Below are positions 37,151 through 50,312 of a stretch of 64,000 nucleotides of DNA, piece after piece. The translations under genes were made by a program, and so were the position numbers. Each line of letters starts with the position of its first letter. Position 1 is the stretch's first letter. The DNA is from Torpedo marmorata. Its lineage: Eukaryota. The notes below the pieces were generated by a model. It had not been told where the DNA came from and searched no databases. It worked only from the letters and a program-made list of their open reading frames with translations. Location: contig OZ360231.1 in the NCBI GenBank assembly GCA_977017645.1, forward strand, positions 93,062,001-93,126,000, written 5' to 3'.

Positions 37151-37766
37151 ACACAAGTTTCATCAGAGAATGGTAATGTAGGAGTTAAAGCTGTCAACTG
37201 TAGCATTCAGAAAGGAAGTGGGTGAGGGCTCTGGGAGAGATCAGGGGATTGGAAGTAGCTGGTCTTTTCTTCCATACATGAAAGGCCAAACAACTTCTTT
37301 TTCTGCTGTACACAATCAGTGATTGTGAACGAGTTCAAACTTCCTCCCTATCTGCAATACCCTCTGTCCTCTATTTCCTCAAATGCTTATCCAGCCTCCC
37401 TTTAAATGGATTAATACAATTTAGCTCAATCAGTTCTGATCATTGCATCTTACTACTCTGGATAAAAAGGGTTCCTCTGAATTTCCTGTCTGACATTTGG
37501 ATGTCTTTCTTACATTGTCCTCTTGTACACTTCAAATGAAACATTCTCTAACTTCACCAAGTCCTTTCATAGTTTTAAAAGATCACTTTTAGGTCACCTT
37601 TCAGTATTTTTTCTCAATAAACAGTCCATCTTTTCTGATATGTGCTAATATTTCTGGTATCACCTTTGTAAATAGATGACAAAATATTAAGGATGAAAGC
37701 ATTTTATGCCATATGCCACAAATATTAAGGAGATAAAGTATTTGTATACACACCACATGATTTTAC

Positions 37767-37905
37767 CTTTTTATTTAAACCATAAATCTTTCTCATTTTG
37801 GAAACTTTTGCTCTTGCTTTGTAAGACCGTCGTCGTGATTCCTTGCCTGCTTTTAACGAAATTGAGGGTCGATGTAGAGGGGTGTGTGTGGCTGGAGAAG
37901 CTGAC
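37767..37905 (-). CDS. CXorf58: CXorf58 orthologue, coding exon
   Basis: tag|...SRRRSYKARAKVSKMRKIYGLNKK|gtaaaa; 139 nt, phase 2 to 0; resembles human RRSKQAQMKVEKMRKVY (recalled). Confidence 0.85.
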
Positions 37906-38900
37906 CTAGGAAATTAAACATATGTCTGTCCATATTTTTTTTCCCCTCATTAATAAGTTGTCATTTTACTTGGATTGAGTGGTGGCTGCAAGGTTGTGGT
38001 CAGAGTTCTAGTTGGTGTGTTGTAGAAATTTCATTCTCCAATTCTTATTGCTTCTGGTTGAATTTAGCATTCACAGGCTAGCTATGTTGTCCTGAGAAAT
38101 AGGGAGATATTACATTATTTTCATCAAAAGTACCTAAAGTACAGCCCAGTATATGATGAAAAATTGGGAAGTTCCCCAATTTTTATGATCATTCCATTGT
38201 GCTTTTCACTTGAGAAATTCAAAAATTCTCAACTTTGGAATCTGTTTCTCGTCCCCATAATTGTTTTGCAGCCAACCACCACCCCCCCCCCCCCACCTTT
38301 CCACCAGCAGATATGGTTTACAATTTGATTGTAAAATGATATATACATCATCTTTGGAGCCTGTTTCTCCAGGAGTTGCAATAATTACACTTCTACAGTA
38401 GTTGTTTCTGTCATTTCTATCTTGGGGAATTAGACAGCTTTTGTTTATCACATCATTCATGAATGGGTTTACAGGAAAGATACAGCAAGATCTCTACTTC
38501 CACAAGTCTTCAATTGAAGACCATAAGAAGCAGAAACAGGAGTAAGTCATTCAGCCCCTTGAGCCTGCTGCATCATTCAATAGGATCATGGCTAATCAAC
38601 ATTCCTCATGTTCAGTTTACTGTGCTCTTGCCATAATTTTTTATTGTCTTACTGATTAAACACCTATCTCAACCTCAATGTACCCAAGTACTCCACACCC
38701 ACAGCTCTCTGTGACAAGTTCCAAAGACTCTCAACCTTTCTTAAATGCACACCCCCTTATTCTGAAACCATGCTTTCTGATTCTGGACTCTTCCACAAGA
38801 GGAAACATCTCACCATTCACCCTGTCTCAGCTCATATTCACCTTCAGAATCTTGTATTTCAATAAGGATCCCACTTGTTTTAAATTCCAATGAATAGAAT

Positions 38901-39170
38901 CAGCACGGTTGGCGTAGCGGTTAGCGCAAAGCCTTTACAGCGGCAGCGATCGGGACCACGGTTCGAATCCCGTAAGGAGATCTGTAAGGAGTTTGTACGT
39001 TCTCCCTGTGTCTGCGTGGGTTTTCCCCAGGGGCTCCGGTTTCCTCCCACTGTTCAAAATGTTCCGGGGGTGTTGGTTAATTGGGTGTAAATTGGGTGTA
39101 AATTGGGCGGCACGGACTCATGGGCCGAAATGGCCTGTTACCGTGCTGTATGTCTAAATTTAAAAATTAA
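38901..39170 (+). mobile_element. tRNA-derived SINE, near full length
   Basis: A-box tggcgtagcggttagc, B-box ggttcgaatccc, conserved core and LINE-like tail ending tctaaatttaaaaa. Other copies or fragments at ~34556-34655(+), ~40405-40480(+), ~47250-47470(-), ~49815-50030(-); an older relative at ~54780-55080(+). Confidence 0.85.
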
Positions 39171-40499
39171 CCTATTTAGTCGTGGTGGAGGCATCTTGTT
39201 GAATGCCTTTTAAAACCAAATACGAATAGTGGTTTCCCTCTATCCACCCGAGTCGAGACTGCCTTTAGTGAATCATGATAACTTTATGGTCATGATGACT
39301 CTGCTTGATTGGATAATGATTTTCCAAATACTGTATACTGGTATTACTTGCTTTAACTATTGATTCTTTATTTTACAACAATCAATGTTACTCTAATGGA
39401 CCTATACTTATCTGTATTTTGCCCCTTCTTCCTTTTGAAAAGGGATGACCACAGTATTTGCACTGCAAAATTTGATGAAAAATAAGTTAACTCCCCTGCT
39501 ATTTTTCTTTGTTCTCCACAACTATTTCTGCATTTATTCTCTAAAAGGCACATGTACATTTGGATCTATTTCTTTTGATTATATTTAAATGACCTCTTGT
39601 ATTCCTCAGATGTTTGCCCTCATAGTTTATTTTCTCTTTATTTTTTTTGTCCTCTTTTGCTGGATTCTGAATTTGTACCATTCTTCAGGTCTACTTCCCA
39701 CTTGTGTCTCCTTGTACATTTTCACTTTCAACCTGATACCTGCTTAACTCTCTTGGTTAACCATTGTCAATTTATCCTTCCCTTAGAATCTTTCCTCCTT
39801 AAATGTCTGCCATGCTTGCGAGTATCTTTTCTGTTAATTTATCAGTTCAGCACACTTCAGCCTCATTCCATTGCAATTCGCTTTATTTAATATAAATAGT
39901 CTTAAATAAAGACTTCATTTAAGTCTTCACACCCAAGTCCTGCCTCTCAAACTGAATACAAAATCTATCATGCTATTGCCACTAATTTTTGGCAGATTTT
40001 TTATTCCGATCAGTTATTAAACCTGCTCATTACGAGATTCCAAATGGCCTGTTCCCTGGGTGGTTCCATAAGTATTGGTTTGGAAAACTACCCCAAGTGG
40101 ACTCTCTGAATTTAATCTCCTTGCTGCCCCTTCCAACTTGATTAATCCCTGTTCACCACTCATTCTGCTGCAAATTTATCTACAAAGTTTATCCACAAGG
40201 CATTTAGCTTGTCCTTTTACCATTTTTAATTATCTTGCTTTTTTTATTTTACTGTGGTCCCATTTGCCTTTATCTCCTACCTTGCATTCAGCCAATCTTT
40301 CTTTCATTTTTGTCCCTGTCATTCTCCCTTAATCATCCCATTTGGTTTCCATCTCCCTTTTGTTTCTGAATAAACTTTTCGCAAAAGCACGAGAAAACAT
40401 TTGGTCATAGATGTATTTGGGTGGCGCAGGCTCGTGGGCCAGAAAGACCTGTTACCATGCTGTCTCAAATTTAAAAATTTAGGACATCGGTGCTGATCC

Positions 40500-41400
40500 T
40501 TTAGTATAACCCATCCCGATATCATGAAAACTGACCTGAAAGTTACAGAGAAGTTCTTGTAATCTGTGAACCACCCCCCAATATAGTAGTATGAGATGTG
40601 TTCAGGTTTGTTACCAAAATCCAGATCTTTGAAAGCACTTTTGAATTGTTGATGAATCTTCCATTTGAATAGATGAGGCAAACAATTTTAAGGACAGGTT
40701 TTATAACATTTTCTTACTTCAAATATCTGCTTATGATGGATGATACAATGAAAAGGGAGTCGTTTTGGAAACTTAAGATTGTGTTTGTAGAGCCAGATGA
40801 GGATGATTTTTTTTTCTTCACTACCATTGCAATGCAGAGATTTATGGACTCCAATGTCAGCTTTTTTCCAATACTTTGCCATATGCACTCTTTGTGCATC
40901 ATTGTGGATTATTTCTTCTAGCACCACAAGGTCCACCAATTATTTTTTCACAGTTTCATCCAAAGGTAGATCGTGGACATATTATTGGTTGTGGTTTATC
41001 TTGTATGTCTATGGATTTGTTGACAGTGAGGATGAATGGAAGAGAAATTCTAACATTGTTTTGCAGTCTGGAAGATAAGTCGAATTGCAGCGTGGCTTGA
41101 CATTAGTATTTGCTTTACCAATCACTAAGATTTTATGTTGATCCAAAATTACCATTATCTATAATGTCTTCTGAACAAATCATCCTTTAGAATATACTGT
41201 AAACATTTAGCTGAAGTGATATCATGTGAAATAACAAAACTAATTTCTGTTCTGTCAGCTTCCTTTCTGAAAGCGGGAATTATGTTTTGGATGTATGATC
41301 ATGCATTTAAAGCATTTGTCTTTTCTTCAATTTTGATCCAGGAGGATAAAAAACATGTCTGCGATTCATTGAGGGGGAATTTATTTGCTTTGCAGATAAG
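40500..41400 (-). mobile_element. Decayed hAT (Charlie/SPIN-like) transposase relic
   Basis: Fragments FHCIIHHKQI (HCxxH motif), CIAMVV (degenerate DGAxxMxG) and HQQFKSAFKDLD in broken frames. Confidence 0.55.
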
Positions 41401-41422
41401 GCACAGTGGTTTGCCATCTTTA

Positions 41423-41670
41423 ACATACAGCACCAATAGCCTGAATACGACTGGGATTGTCTGATCTCGGAAGCTAAGCAGGCACAGGACTGGTCAGTAC
41501 TTGGAGGGGAGACCGCCAAGGAACACCAGGTGCTGTGGGTTTCTGTGAGGGGCGCTGGACAAAATAGCGACCCTCTGTCTGCCTTACGGTAGACAAAAAT
41601 TAAAGAATTTCATGTATGTTACATTCTAAATGTAGTATTACGTGACAATAATGGAACCTTTACCCTTTAA
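41423..41670 (+). mobile_element. 5S rRNA-derived SINE (SINE3-like): 5S head 41423-41542 plus LINE-like tail
   Basis: agcctgaatacg...gtctgatctcggaagctaagcagg...tggtcagtacttgga.gggagaccgcc..ggaacaccaggtgctgt aligns to vertebrate 5S including boxes A and C; tail gtgacaataatggaacctttaccc; ctttaaca is repeated at both ends. Confidence 0.8.
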
Positions 41671-43184
41671 CAGTGAATGCAAAATCTTCCTATTCTGCCT
41701 TAAAACTTCTATTTTCTTCGTTGCTGTACTTTTTACAATTCTGGTGCTGATATAGTCATTGCAAAATGAATGCAGACCTAATAATACTCAAAGCTTATCA
41801 GTCTTAAGAAAAACCTGTAATATTCTGCAGGGTTATTTTGCTAGTAGATTGCAAGTATACCATTTGTATCCACCACATTGGCTGAATACAATTGGACTAT
41901 GCTTAAGTCCTGGGATATTAAACACTGTGTATACTATGGTCAGTCTGTTCAGGCTAAAGAACAAGATATGCTGAATTTCACAACAATCATCCCAACTTCA
42001 AACCCTACTACATGCCTGCCAAGATGAGGGGGAACTGTGGGCTGAACTTCATAGATCCCCAATTGTTTGCTGCTGGATTTAGAGTTTATTTATCCTTGAG
42101 CTGTGCTTGATCTGTAGGGACAAATGCAGCTTCTATGCTGTGATTTAGCCACCCTTGTTACAGCTATTCTAAGACAATTTTAGAAAAGGAGTTTGACATA
42201 TTACCCTGAACAGAAAAACATAGTGAACATTTTGTAATAAAAAATAGAGAAATATCTCAATGGAATAACTGATAAACAAACAAAAGAAAGATGATGACTC
42301 TGATAATCTTCATATTCAGACAATAACAATTGGAGAAGTACTGAACTCATCAAGACCTAAGAACCTCTAGGTTCAAGAACAGCTTTGGTCCAACTGCTCT
42401 TGAACCTTCTACATTACCATCACCATAACACGACTTCAAGACCACCAAAGATCTGTCTGACTTAGCACTTTTACATTGATTTCTTTCCAATTGTGAATAT
42501 TTATTATGTTTGTTTTTTCTCTTCGTAATATTGTGTTTTCCCCTTCCTGTGTGCTGTGTGTTTTATATACCTGGGCAGCTGCAGCAAGTAAGACTTTCAT
42601 TTGTACGTTGAATACAGTGTTTTTTTGCATTACAAATAAGTGGTAATACTGCCTCCCTGCAGGAAAAAGAATCTCAGGGTTGTATGTGATGTCATGTATG
42701 CACTCTGACAATAAATCTGATGATATTGCATCTGTACATTGTACTTGTGTATGCTACAATAAACTTCATTCATAATGGGAAGCAGCATTCTGAAGAGATG
42801 AGGTGAATTTAAAGTCAGTTTAGAAATTCAAATGAAAGTTGTGAAAATAGCTAATGCCCACAAAAGGATAGAAATCCCTGAGCACAGATTCCAACCATCA
42901 AAACTGTTCTGACAAAGCATCTCTAAAATGACCAATATCTCCTTTTGTCCAATTCACCAACAGATTCAACGCGCAACCCCAGTATTTCCCAGAGTAAAGA
43001 AAATATCGAGCAAAATTCTTATGCAAAATGTTTCTTATGAACCTTCATCAACTGTTTGATAAGCTATGAGATGAATTTTTAGTTCTGTTTGCAATGTCAT
43101 TGCGAGATTAAGTTTATTATTGGTCGATCTATCTTATTCTATATAATTTCTGAAAACAAATTACACAAGTTTCACGAAAAGCAC

Positions 43185-43414
43185 CTGGTCTGAGAGATTG
43201 TTCCAATCTGTTGAAGCTGAATTTTTTCAGTTATTGGTTTTGAGAGCAGAATTGGCAATTCCTCCTTTAAACGTTGTGATAAAGTTCTGCTGTGGGCATA
43301 GTCTATGATGTCGTACATGATTGTTGTGCGGGGAAGGTTTGTCAGGGTCAACATCCTCCAGTAGTTGTCTCTGCCACCAAGACAGGCTGCAGTCTCATCT
43401 AGATTACTTGTATA
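43185..43414 (-). CDS. CXorf58: CXorf58 orthologue, coding exon
   Basis: tag|YTSNLDETAACLGGRDNYWRMLTLTNLPRTTIMYDIIDYAHSRTLSQRLKEELPILLSKPITEKIQLQQIGTISQT(R)|gtgc; 230 nt, phase 0 to 2. Confidence 0.88.
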
Positions 43415-43774
43415 CTACAGAAAAATAACACAAAATGAGAAAAAAACATTTCACAGATAATTAAGTTCTTACAATGTAGCATAATCAATTTAGTTCATGT
43501 GATTCATCTTTTATTTCAACTTGGCTAACTTGTTTGTTTACCATTGGGTTCCAGTAACAGGTACCACACATGCTTCGCTTTTTTTAAAAAGTATTTACCA
43601 ATGATAAAATCTCACCAGATTGATCATGTCCTAATTCGTTTAACTAGATACAGAAACTGTCTTCAGCATACTGTAAAATAGAATTCTGATTACAGAATTA
43701 TTGTAACACAGCTGGCCATTCAAACCACTCTATTCCATGTTACTTCCCAGCAGAGCAATCTCATCCATCCCATT

Positions 43775-45095
43775 CAAGTTCTAGTTTATTTGTCATCTGA
43801 TTGTACCAGTACAACCCAACATAACACTGTTCTCTGTTCCATGGTGCAGAACAGTGCAAAATACACATACAGACATAACACATATACAAACAAATGATAC
43901 GTATATACAGTACATATGTTCATATATTAAAATAAATATTATTAATAAATAGTAGAATCACAGAGTTATTTTAGCATCATTCGGCATTCTCACTGCCTGT
44001 GGGAAGAAGCTGTTCCTCAGCTTGGTGGTTCCAGCTCTGATACTCCTGCATCTCTTTCCCGACAGGAGTAGCTGGAAGATGCTGTGCGCAGGGTGGTAGG
44101 GGACCTCAATGATTTGCCGAGCCCTCTTTAAACAACGATCCCAGTAAATTGTATTGATGGGGGGGAGGGAGACCCCAGTATCCTCTCTGCTGCTTTTGTG
44201 GTCCTGTGGATTGACCTCCGATCCAATGCTCTACAGCAACCGTACCACACTGTGATGCAGCCGGCCAGGATGCTCTCGATTGAGCTCCTTTTGAGAGTTG
44301 ACAGAATTGTGGCCGATAACCTTGCCCACCTCCGCCTTCTAAAGAAGTGCAGTCGCTGATGCGCCTTCCTGACAAGTGAGGAGATGTGGTGTTTCCAGGA
44401 TAGGTCACTTCTTAAGTGGACTCCAAGGAACTTGGTGCTCTCGAATCTCTCCACTACCGAGCTATTAATGTGTAGTGGATGGTGGTTGTCCCTGGTCCTC
44501 CCGAAGTCCACAATCATCTCCTTTGTCTTGTCCACGTTTTGTTATTCTTGCATCATTTCGTGAGATTTTCCACCTCTTCTGTATATTTTGACTCATCGTT
44601 GTTGCTGATGAGGCCAATTACTGTTGTGTAATCTGCAAAATAGATGACTCTATTGGAGCTGGATCTGGCGTTGCAGTTGTGTGTCATTAGAGTGAACAGG
44701 AGCAGTCTGAGCACACAGCCCCGAGGTGCGCCAGTGCTCAGCGTGATGGTGCTCGTCGTTCTGCTTCCGACCCGGGCAGACTGCGGTCTTTCTGTTTGCA
44801 AGTCTAGAATCCAGTGACAGAGCCACTGGGTTGTAGTTGTTGAGGCTTGTTATTGTTGTCTTCTTTGGTACCAGGATGATGGCTGCCTTGAAACCCATGG
44901 GGATGATGGACTGCTGCAATGACGTGTTGAAGACCTCCATAAGGACTTCCGTCAGTTGGTCTGCACAGTCCTTCGGTACCCGGCCAGGTACGTTGTCTGG
45001 TCCCACTACCTTGTGTGGGTTCACCCTTGATAGGATTATCCTCACCTCAGCTGCGGCTATGCAAGGGGCCTGTTCTTCAGGAGCTGCCACGTGGT
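43775..45095 (-). mobile_element. Rex1-like LINE fragment with internal deletion
   Basis: ORFs 44650-45090, 44553-44801 and 44128-44535 carry RT and C-terminal motifs; related to 8110-9240. Confidence 0.85.
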
Positions 45096-45689
45096 CTCTC
45101 TCATTCCCACCAACTATATGATTCTTTTACCATTATCCGTGTAAGGTTAATTGGCAACTGTAAATTACCCACCAACAGGTCTTTGAGAAGTGGAAAGAAA
45201 CAAGAGCATTGGGAGAACAAAACTCTACACAGAGAGCACCCAAGGTCAGGATTGAGCTTGTGTTGAAGCTGTGAGAAAGCAGCAGTAGCTGCTGCAACAT
45301 CATGCCACCATTCTGTTAGTACTGGTTCAATAAGCCAGAAATTACTTGTTCAAGTTCTATCAGAGGAGCTGTAAAATTTGATTTGTCCCTGACAAAGAGA
45401 AATCTGACATTGTTATAATTGGAGGAAATCTACAGGCTGACATACAAATTGTTAGATAAGCAACCCCTGGGATGCCTTGTCCCATATGGTGGACAGATTT
45501 AGCAAAATTGTTATTTAGAAGGTGGGAATCTTGGGTCGAAAACCATAAAATGTCCTGGCTTCAAGCCAAAAAGACTATTGAACTCCATCTACTGGTTGTC
45601 TTCAAATAAATCTTTTTTGGAAGAATCTCTGAAGGAAGCAAGCGTGTAGTCTGGCGACTTTAATTGGCAATACTTTCATTTCAGTACTT

Positions 45690-46546
45690 TCAGAATCAGA
45701 ATTTATTGTCATGAACAAGTCATGAAATTCGGTGTTTTGAAGCAGCATCATAGTGCAAATATTCATATTATTACCATCTTACAACATCATATAAAAAATA
45801 TATATATATATATAAATAATAGTGCACGAAAAGTAAGGCAGTGTCTTTGGATCATTCATTATTCAGGAATCTGATGGCAGCGGGGAAGAAGCTGTCCTTG
45901 TGCCGTTGAGTGCTCGTCTTCAGGCTCCTGTACCTTTTTCCCGATGCAAGCAGAGTGAAGAGGGCATGGCCTGGGTGGTGTGGGTCTTTGAGGACAGAGG
46001 CTGCTTTTTTATGACACCGCCTCATGTAGATGTCCTCGATGGAGTGAAGTCTGGTGCCTGTGATGTTACAGGCCAAGTTAACAACCCTCTGGAGTTTATT
46101 CTTGTCCTGAGAGTTGGCGCCTTCATACCAGGCAGTGATGCAACCAGCCAGAATGCTCTCCACAGTACACCTGTAGATGTTTACGAGAGTCTTCGGTGAC
46201 ATACCGAGTCTCCACAGGCACCTCACAAAGTATAGCCTCTGGCGAGCCTTCTTTGTGATCGCATCAACGTGGAGGCTCCAGGACAGATCCTCGGAGATGT
46301 TGACACCCAGGAATTTGAAGTTCTTGACCCTCTCCACTACTGAGCCCTCGATGAGGACTGGGTCGTGTTCCCCTGACTTCCTCCTGAAGTCCACAATCAT
46401 CTCCTTGGTTTTGCTGACGTTGAGCGCAAGGTTGTTGTCGTTACACCATTCAATAAGCTGATCTATCTCCCTCCTGTATGCTTCCTCATTGCCGTTTGTG
46501 ATTCTTCCGACAACTGTGGTATCATCGGCAAACTTGTAGATGGCAT
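45690..46546 (-). mobile_element. Rex1/Babar-like LINE 3' fragment (family of 3830-5880)
   Basis: Open frame from AIYKFADDTTVVG to DSFFPAAIRFLNNE; same 3'UTR and (TTCTGA)n tail. Confidence 0.9.
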
Positions 46547-48224
46547 TTCCACCAAATTGATCAAATTCTGAAACACGTAGTTGCCATTGAGGGCTTGCAT
46601 TTGGTGGTAAAGAGAGCAAATTAAACCTAAATGACCTCATCCTCATAACTCACCTGTTGAAGAAACTCCATTCTGTAAAAGCATTGTAGAAAACCCATGA
46701 TGACTAAGTGGGATTTCCACTGTGAAAATGCTCAGAACAATTATTTGACAAAGCACGGCAACCATAGTAAGAGGGCAGATTAAGGATTGATCTAGCAGCC
46801 TAAAACTTGGCATTTATACTGTCAATCTTCAACAGCAGCAAATTGTACACTATCACAATCTGTAATTTAATGGCTCTTCTCATTTCCACACATTAATCAC
46901 ACAAAGCCAGATGACCAAAATTGATCCAAATGAAGCATCAGAAATAACTTTGAATTAGTTTCACATTAATGAAGCTGCAGCAAGCTAAACACCAAAAGCA
47001 ATAGAGATGAATGTGTTTACAAGAAACAGATCAGAATGTCACTACATCTACTCAAGAATAGTGTTGGCTAAGGAACCAATAAGAGGAGGTGGTTCCAATA
47101 ATGATGGTAAACATAACCTGCCAGTACTACTTGAAAGGGTGAAAAGCTTATAAGTACATCCATCATGTGAAATTGCAGGATTGAATTAAATGGGACTGAG
47201 AGTGCATGCAGTGTATTGGTAAATGGTATATAAGTTTAAATTTTAAAAAAATTTAAATTTAGACATACAGCACGGTAACAGGCCCTTTCGGCCCACAGGC
47301 CCGTGCCGCCCAATTACATCCAATTGACCTACAACCCACAGTACATTTTGAACGGTGCGAGGAAACTCACGTAGACACGGGGAGCACGTACAAACTCTTT
47401 ACAGACAGCGCGGGATTCAAACCCCAGCCCCGATCGCTGGTGCTGTAATAGCATTACGCTAACTGTGCCACCCTCAGCCATTGTGCAGTGGTGATAGAGG
47501 GAATGAAGATTTTGGTAGGCAGGTGGGATACAAATCAAGCGAGTTGCTTTGTCTGGGATAGTGCTGAGCTTCATTTTCTGATTTGTTCCTTGTAGATGGT
47601 GGGAAGGCTTGGGCATCCGATGAATCACTCACTGCAGGAAATCAAGTTTCTGCCCTACTCCTGTCGCCACAGCATTTATGCGGCTGGTCCGATTGATTTT
47701 CTGGTCAATGATAACCTCCGGAATATTGATGGTAGGAGAGTCGGCAGAGATAATATCAAGGATAGATCGTTATATTCTCTCTAATTGAAATGACACTTTA
47801 ATGGGGTAAGTATTACTTGCCACATAGTCTACACCTGAATGTTTTTCAGCTTTTGTTGCATACAAGCATGTGATGCTTTATCTCTTGAGGAGTTGTGAAT
47901 GGAATTGAACAGTGTGTAAACATTGAACATTCTCCACTTCTGACCTTGTGATGGAAGAAAGTTCATTGACGAAGCAGCATTGTCAGGTACACGCCAGTGT
48001 TCTGACAAGACTGGAATAGCTTGGGTAAAGGCATAGCTAGTTCTCGAGTTCAGGTATTTAATACTACAGGTGGAATGTTGATGCTCTTGCAGCCTTTGTT
48101 GAATCCAATGGTCTCAGCCATTTTTTGATATCATGTGGAGTGAATCAAATTCACTGTAGAATCTCTTCTGTGTTGTTGGGATCAGGATGAAGTTAAGATG
48201 AATCACCTTTTGCTCACCTTCCTA

Positions 48225-48930
48225 CAGGAAAGTTATCATAAGGTGCAAAGAAAATTTACTTGGATGTTGCTGGGACTTGAAGAGCTGAGTTATAGGGAAA
48301 GGTTGAATAAGTTAGGACTTGTTCCCTGGAACGTTGGAGAACGAAGGGAGATTTGATGGAGGTATGCAAAATTGAGGGGTACAGATAGAGTAAATTGAAA
48401 CAGGCTTTTTTTCACTGAGATTGAGTGAGACGAGAATTGGAGGGCATGGGTTAAGGTCGAAAGGTGAAATGTTTAGGGGGAACTTCTCACAGAGGGTGTT
48501 CAAGTTTATTTATCATCCGATTGTACAAATGCAACCCGACGAAACAGCATTCTCCGGTCCCTGGTGCAACACACTGCAAACACACATACAGGTAAATGAT
48601 ACATGTGCACAGTACGTATATACAAATATTAAAAGAAATATTATTGTTAAATAGTAGAGTCATGGAGGGTTTGTATGAGCAGTTCATCACTGTCTCACTG
48701 CCTGTGGGAAGAAGCTGTTTCTCAGGCTGGTGGTTCTGGCTGTGACAGTTGGAACAAGTTGCCAGCGGAGATGGTGGATGTGGCTTCGACTTTGATATTT
48801 AAGAGAAGATTGGATAGGATGGGAGAGGTATGGTGTGGTGCAGGTCAGTGGGACCAGGTGGAATAATAGTTCAGTATGGACTAGATGGGCTGAAGGGCCT
48901 GTTGCTGTGCTGTAGCATTCTATGGTTCTA
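48225..48930 (+). mobile_element. CR1-type LINE 3' end interrupted by an antisense Rex1-type tail (~48500-48745)
   Basis: GHGLRSKGEMFRGNFSQRV | insert | SWNKLPAEMV; CR1 tail gggctgaagggcctgttgctgtgctgtag. Confidence 0.7.
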
Positions 48931-50180
48931 TCTATTTGGTACATCTGGCTGAACATGGCTTAGACTGGGCCCCATCATTGTCCAGGAGAGGGACATCCTC
49001 CTCCTGTTAGTTGTTTAATTGGTCAGCACCGTTCCTGACGAGATGTGGAGGACTGCAGAGTTTCAATCCAATCAGTGGTTGTGAGATTGCTTTGCTCTGC
49101 CTGTTGCATGTTGATTTTATTAATTACCCAAGCAGTCCTGGGCTGCAGTTTTGCAAGACTGGCATCTCAACATTTTTTGGCATGCCTGGTGTTTTTCATG
49201 GCCTTCTGCACTTTTCATTGAACCATCATTGACCTCCTGTCTTGAATGTAATGGTAGATTTCGAAGTTAGCCAAGCCATCAGGTTTCAGATTGTGATACA
49301 TTTCTGCTGCTACTAATGGTATACAGTGCTTCATGGATGTCCAATTCTGAGCTTCCAGATCTTTTCTGAAGGTATCCCAATGCATACATGTTTTCTTAAA
49401 TAACCAACTAAGATATCTTGAATTTCTGCACAGTATTTCTTGTTCTCTTAACAATTCCCGGTTGAGTTCCTCCAGCATTTGTGTTTTTTTTTTTTTTTTA
49501 CTACAATCACAGCATCTGCAGACTTTTGTGTTTCATTCCAATTTACTGAGAACTTTTGTGATGCCTTTCCCCAACAGCTCCAACAACATTTGATTTCTCC
49601 ACAGAGGAGGACAAAGAACCATAGCAGATTGCCAAGATAGGGAGATTACAGTGATGTGCTCTATAAGCATCTACGTAATTGCATATTTGAAATTTTCTAC
49701 CTGGACATTCAATATGCAGAAAATTTAGACTAAATGATAGGGGAAGAATTTTTATTTTTAACTGCAAGTGCTAAACAATTGAGAGAGATGTCACGGGTTA
49801 CATTTCTTAAATTATTATTTTTTAAATTTAGACATACAGCACGGCAACAGCAGGCCCTTCCAGCCCACAAGCCCGTGCCGCCCAAATACCCCAATTAACC
49901 TACAACTCCTGTACGTTTTGAAGGGTGGGAGGCACCCGGAGGAAATCCATGCAGACACAGGGAGAACGTACAAACTCCTTACAGACAGCACCGGATTCAA
50001 ACCCGAGTTGCTGGCTCTGTAATAGCGTTGCCGCTCGCTTGTATTCGTATCCCAGAATTCAGTTTAACAGAAGCCAATTGAAGAGGTAAGAGTAACAAGC
50101 ATCTGATATACTTGCACCCACTTAGCACTGGCAAATAAAGAATTCTCCCTTAAACGGAACAAAAATGTTTTAGTTCAAAC

Positions 50181-50312
50181 CTGCACGTAATCTTTGGCTG
50201 TTACAATATCAATTTCATCTGCTACTTTTGTCCTTTGGTATTGAAGGTTATCCTGCATGATAAGATCAAAGAATTTCCTTCTTCCCATAATCTTGCAAGA
50301 AGCAGCTGCTGC
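50181..50312 (-). CDS. CXorf58: CXorf58 orthologue, coding exon
   Basis: cag|AAAASCKIMGRRKFFDLIMQDNLQYQRTKVADEIDIVTAKDYVQ|gtttga; 132 nt, phase 0 to 0. Confidence 0.88.

Noticed and set aside
38901-38975. tRNA gene
   Set aside because: The A/B boxes are the head of a multi-copy SINE; no complete cloverleaf.
41423-41542. Functional 5S rRNA gene
   Set aside because: Many substitutions in stem regions, no clear T4 terminator, not in a tandem array, and attached to a retroelement-like tail.
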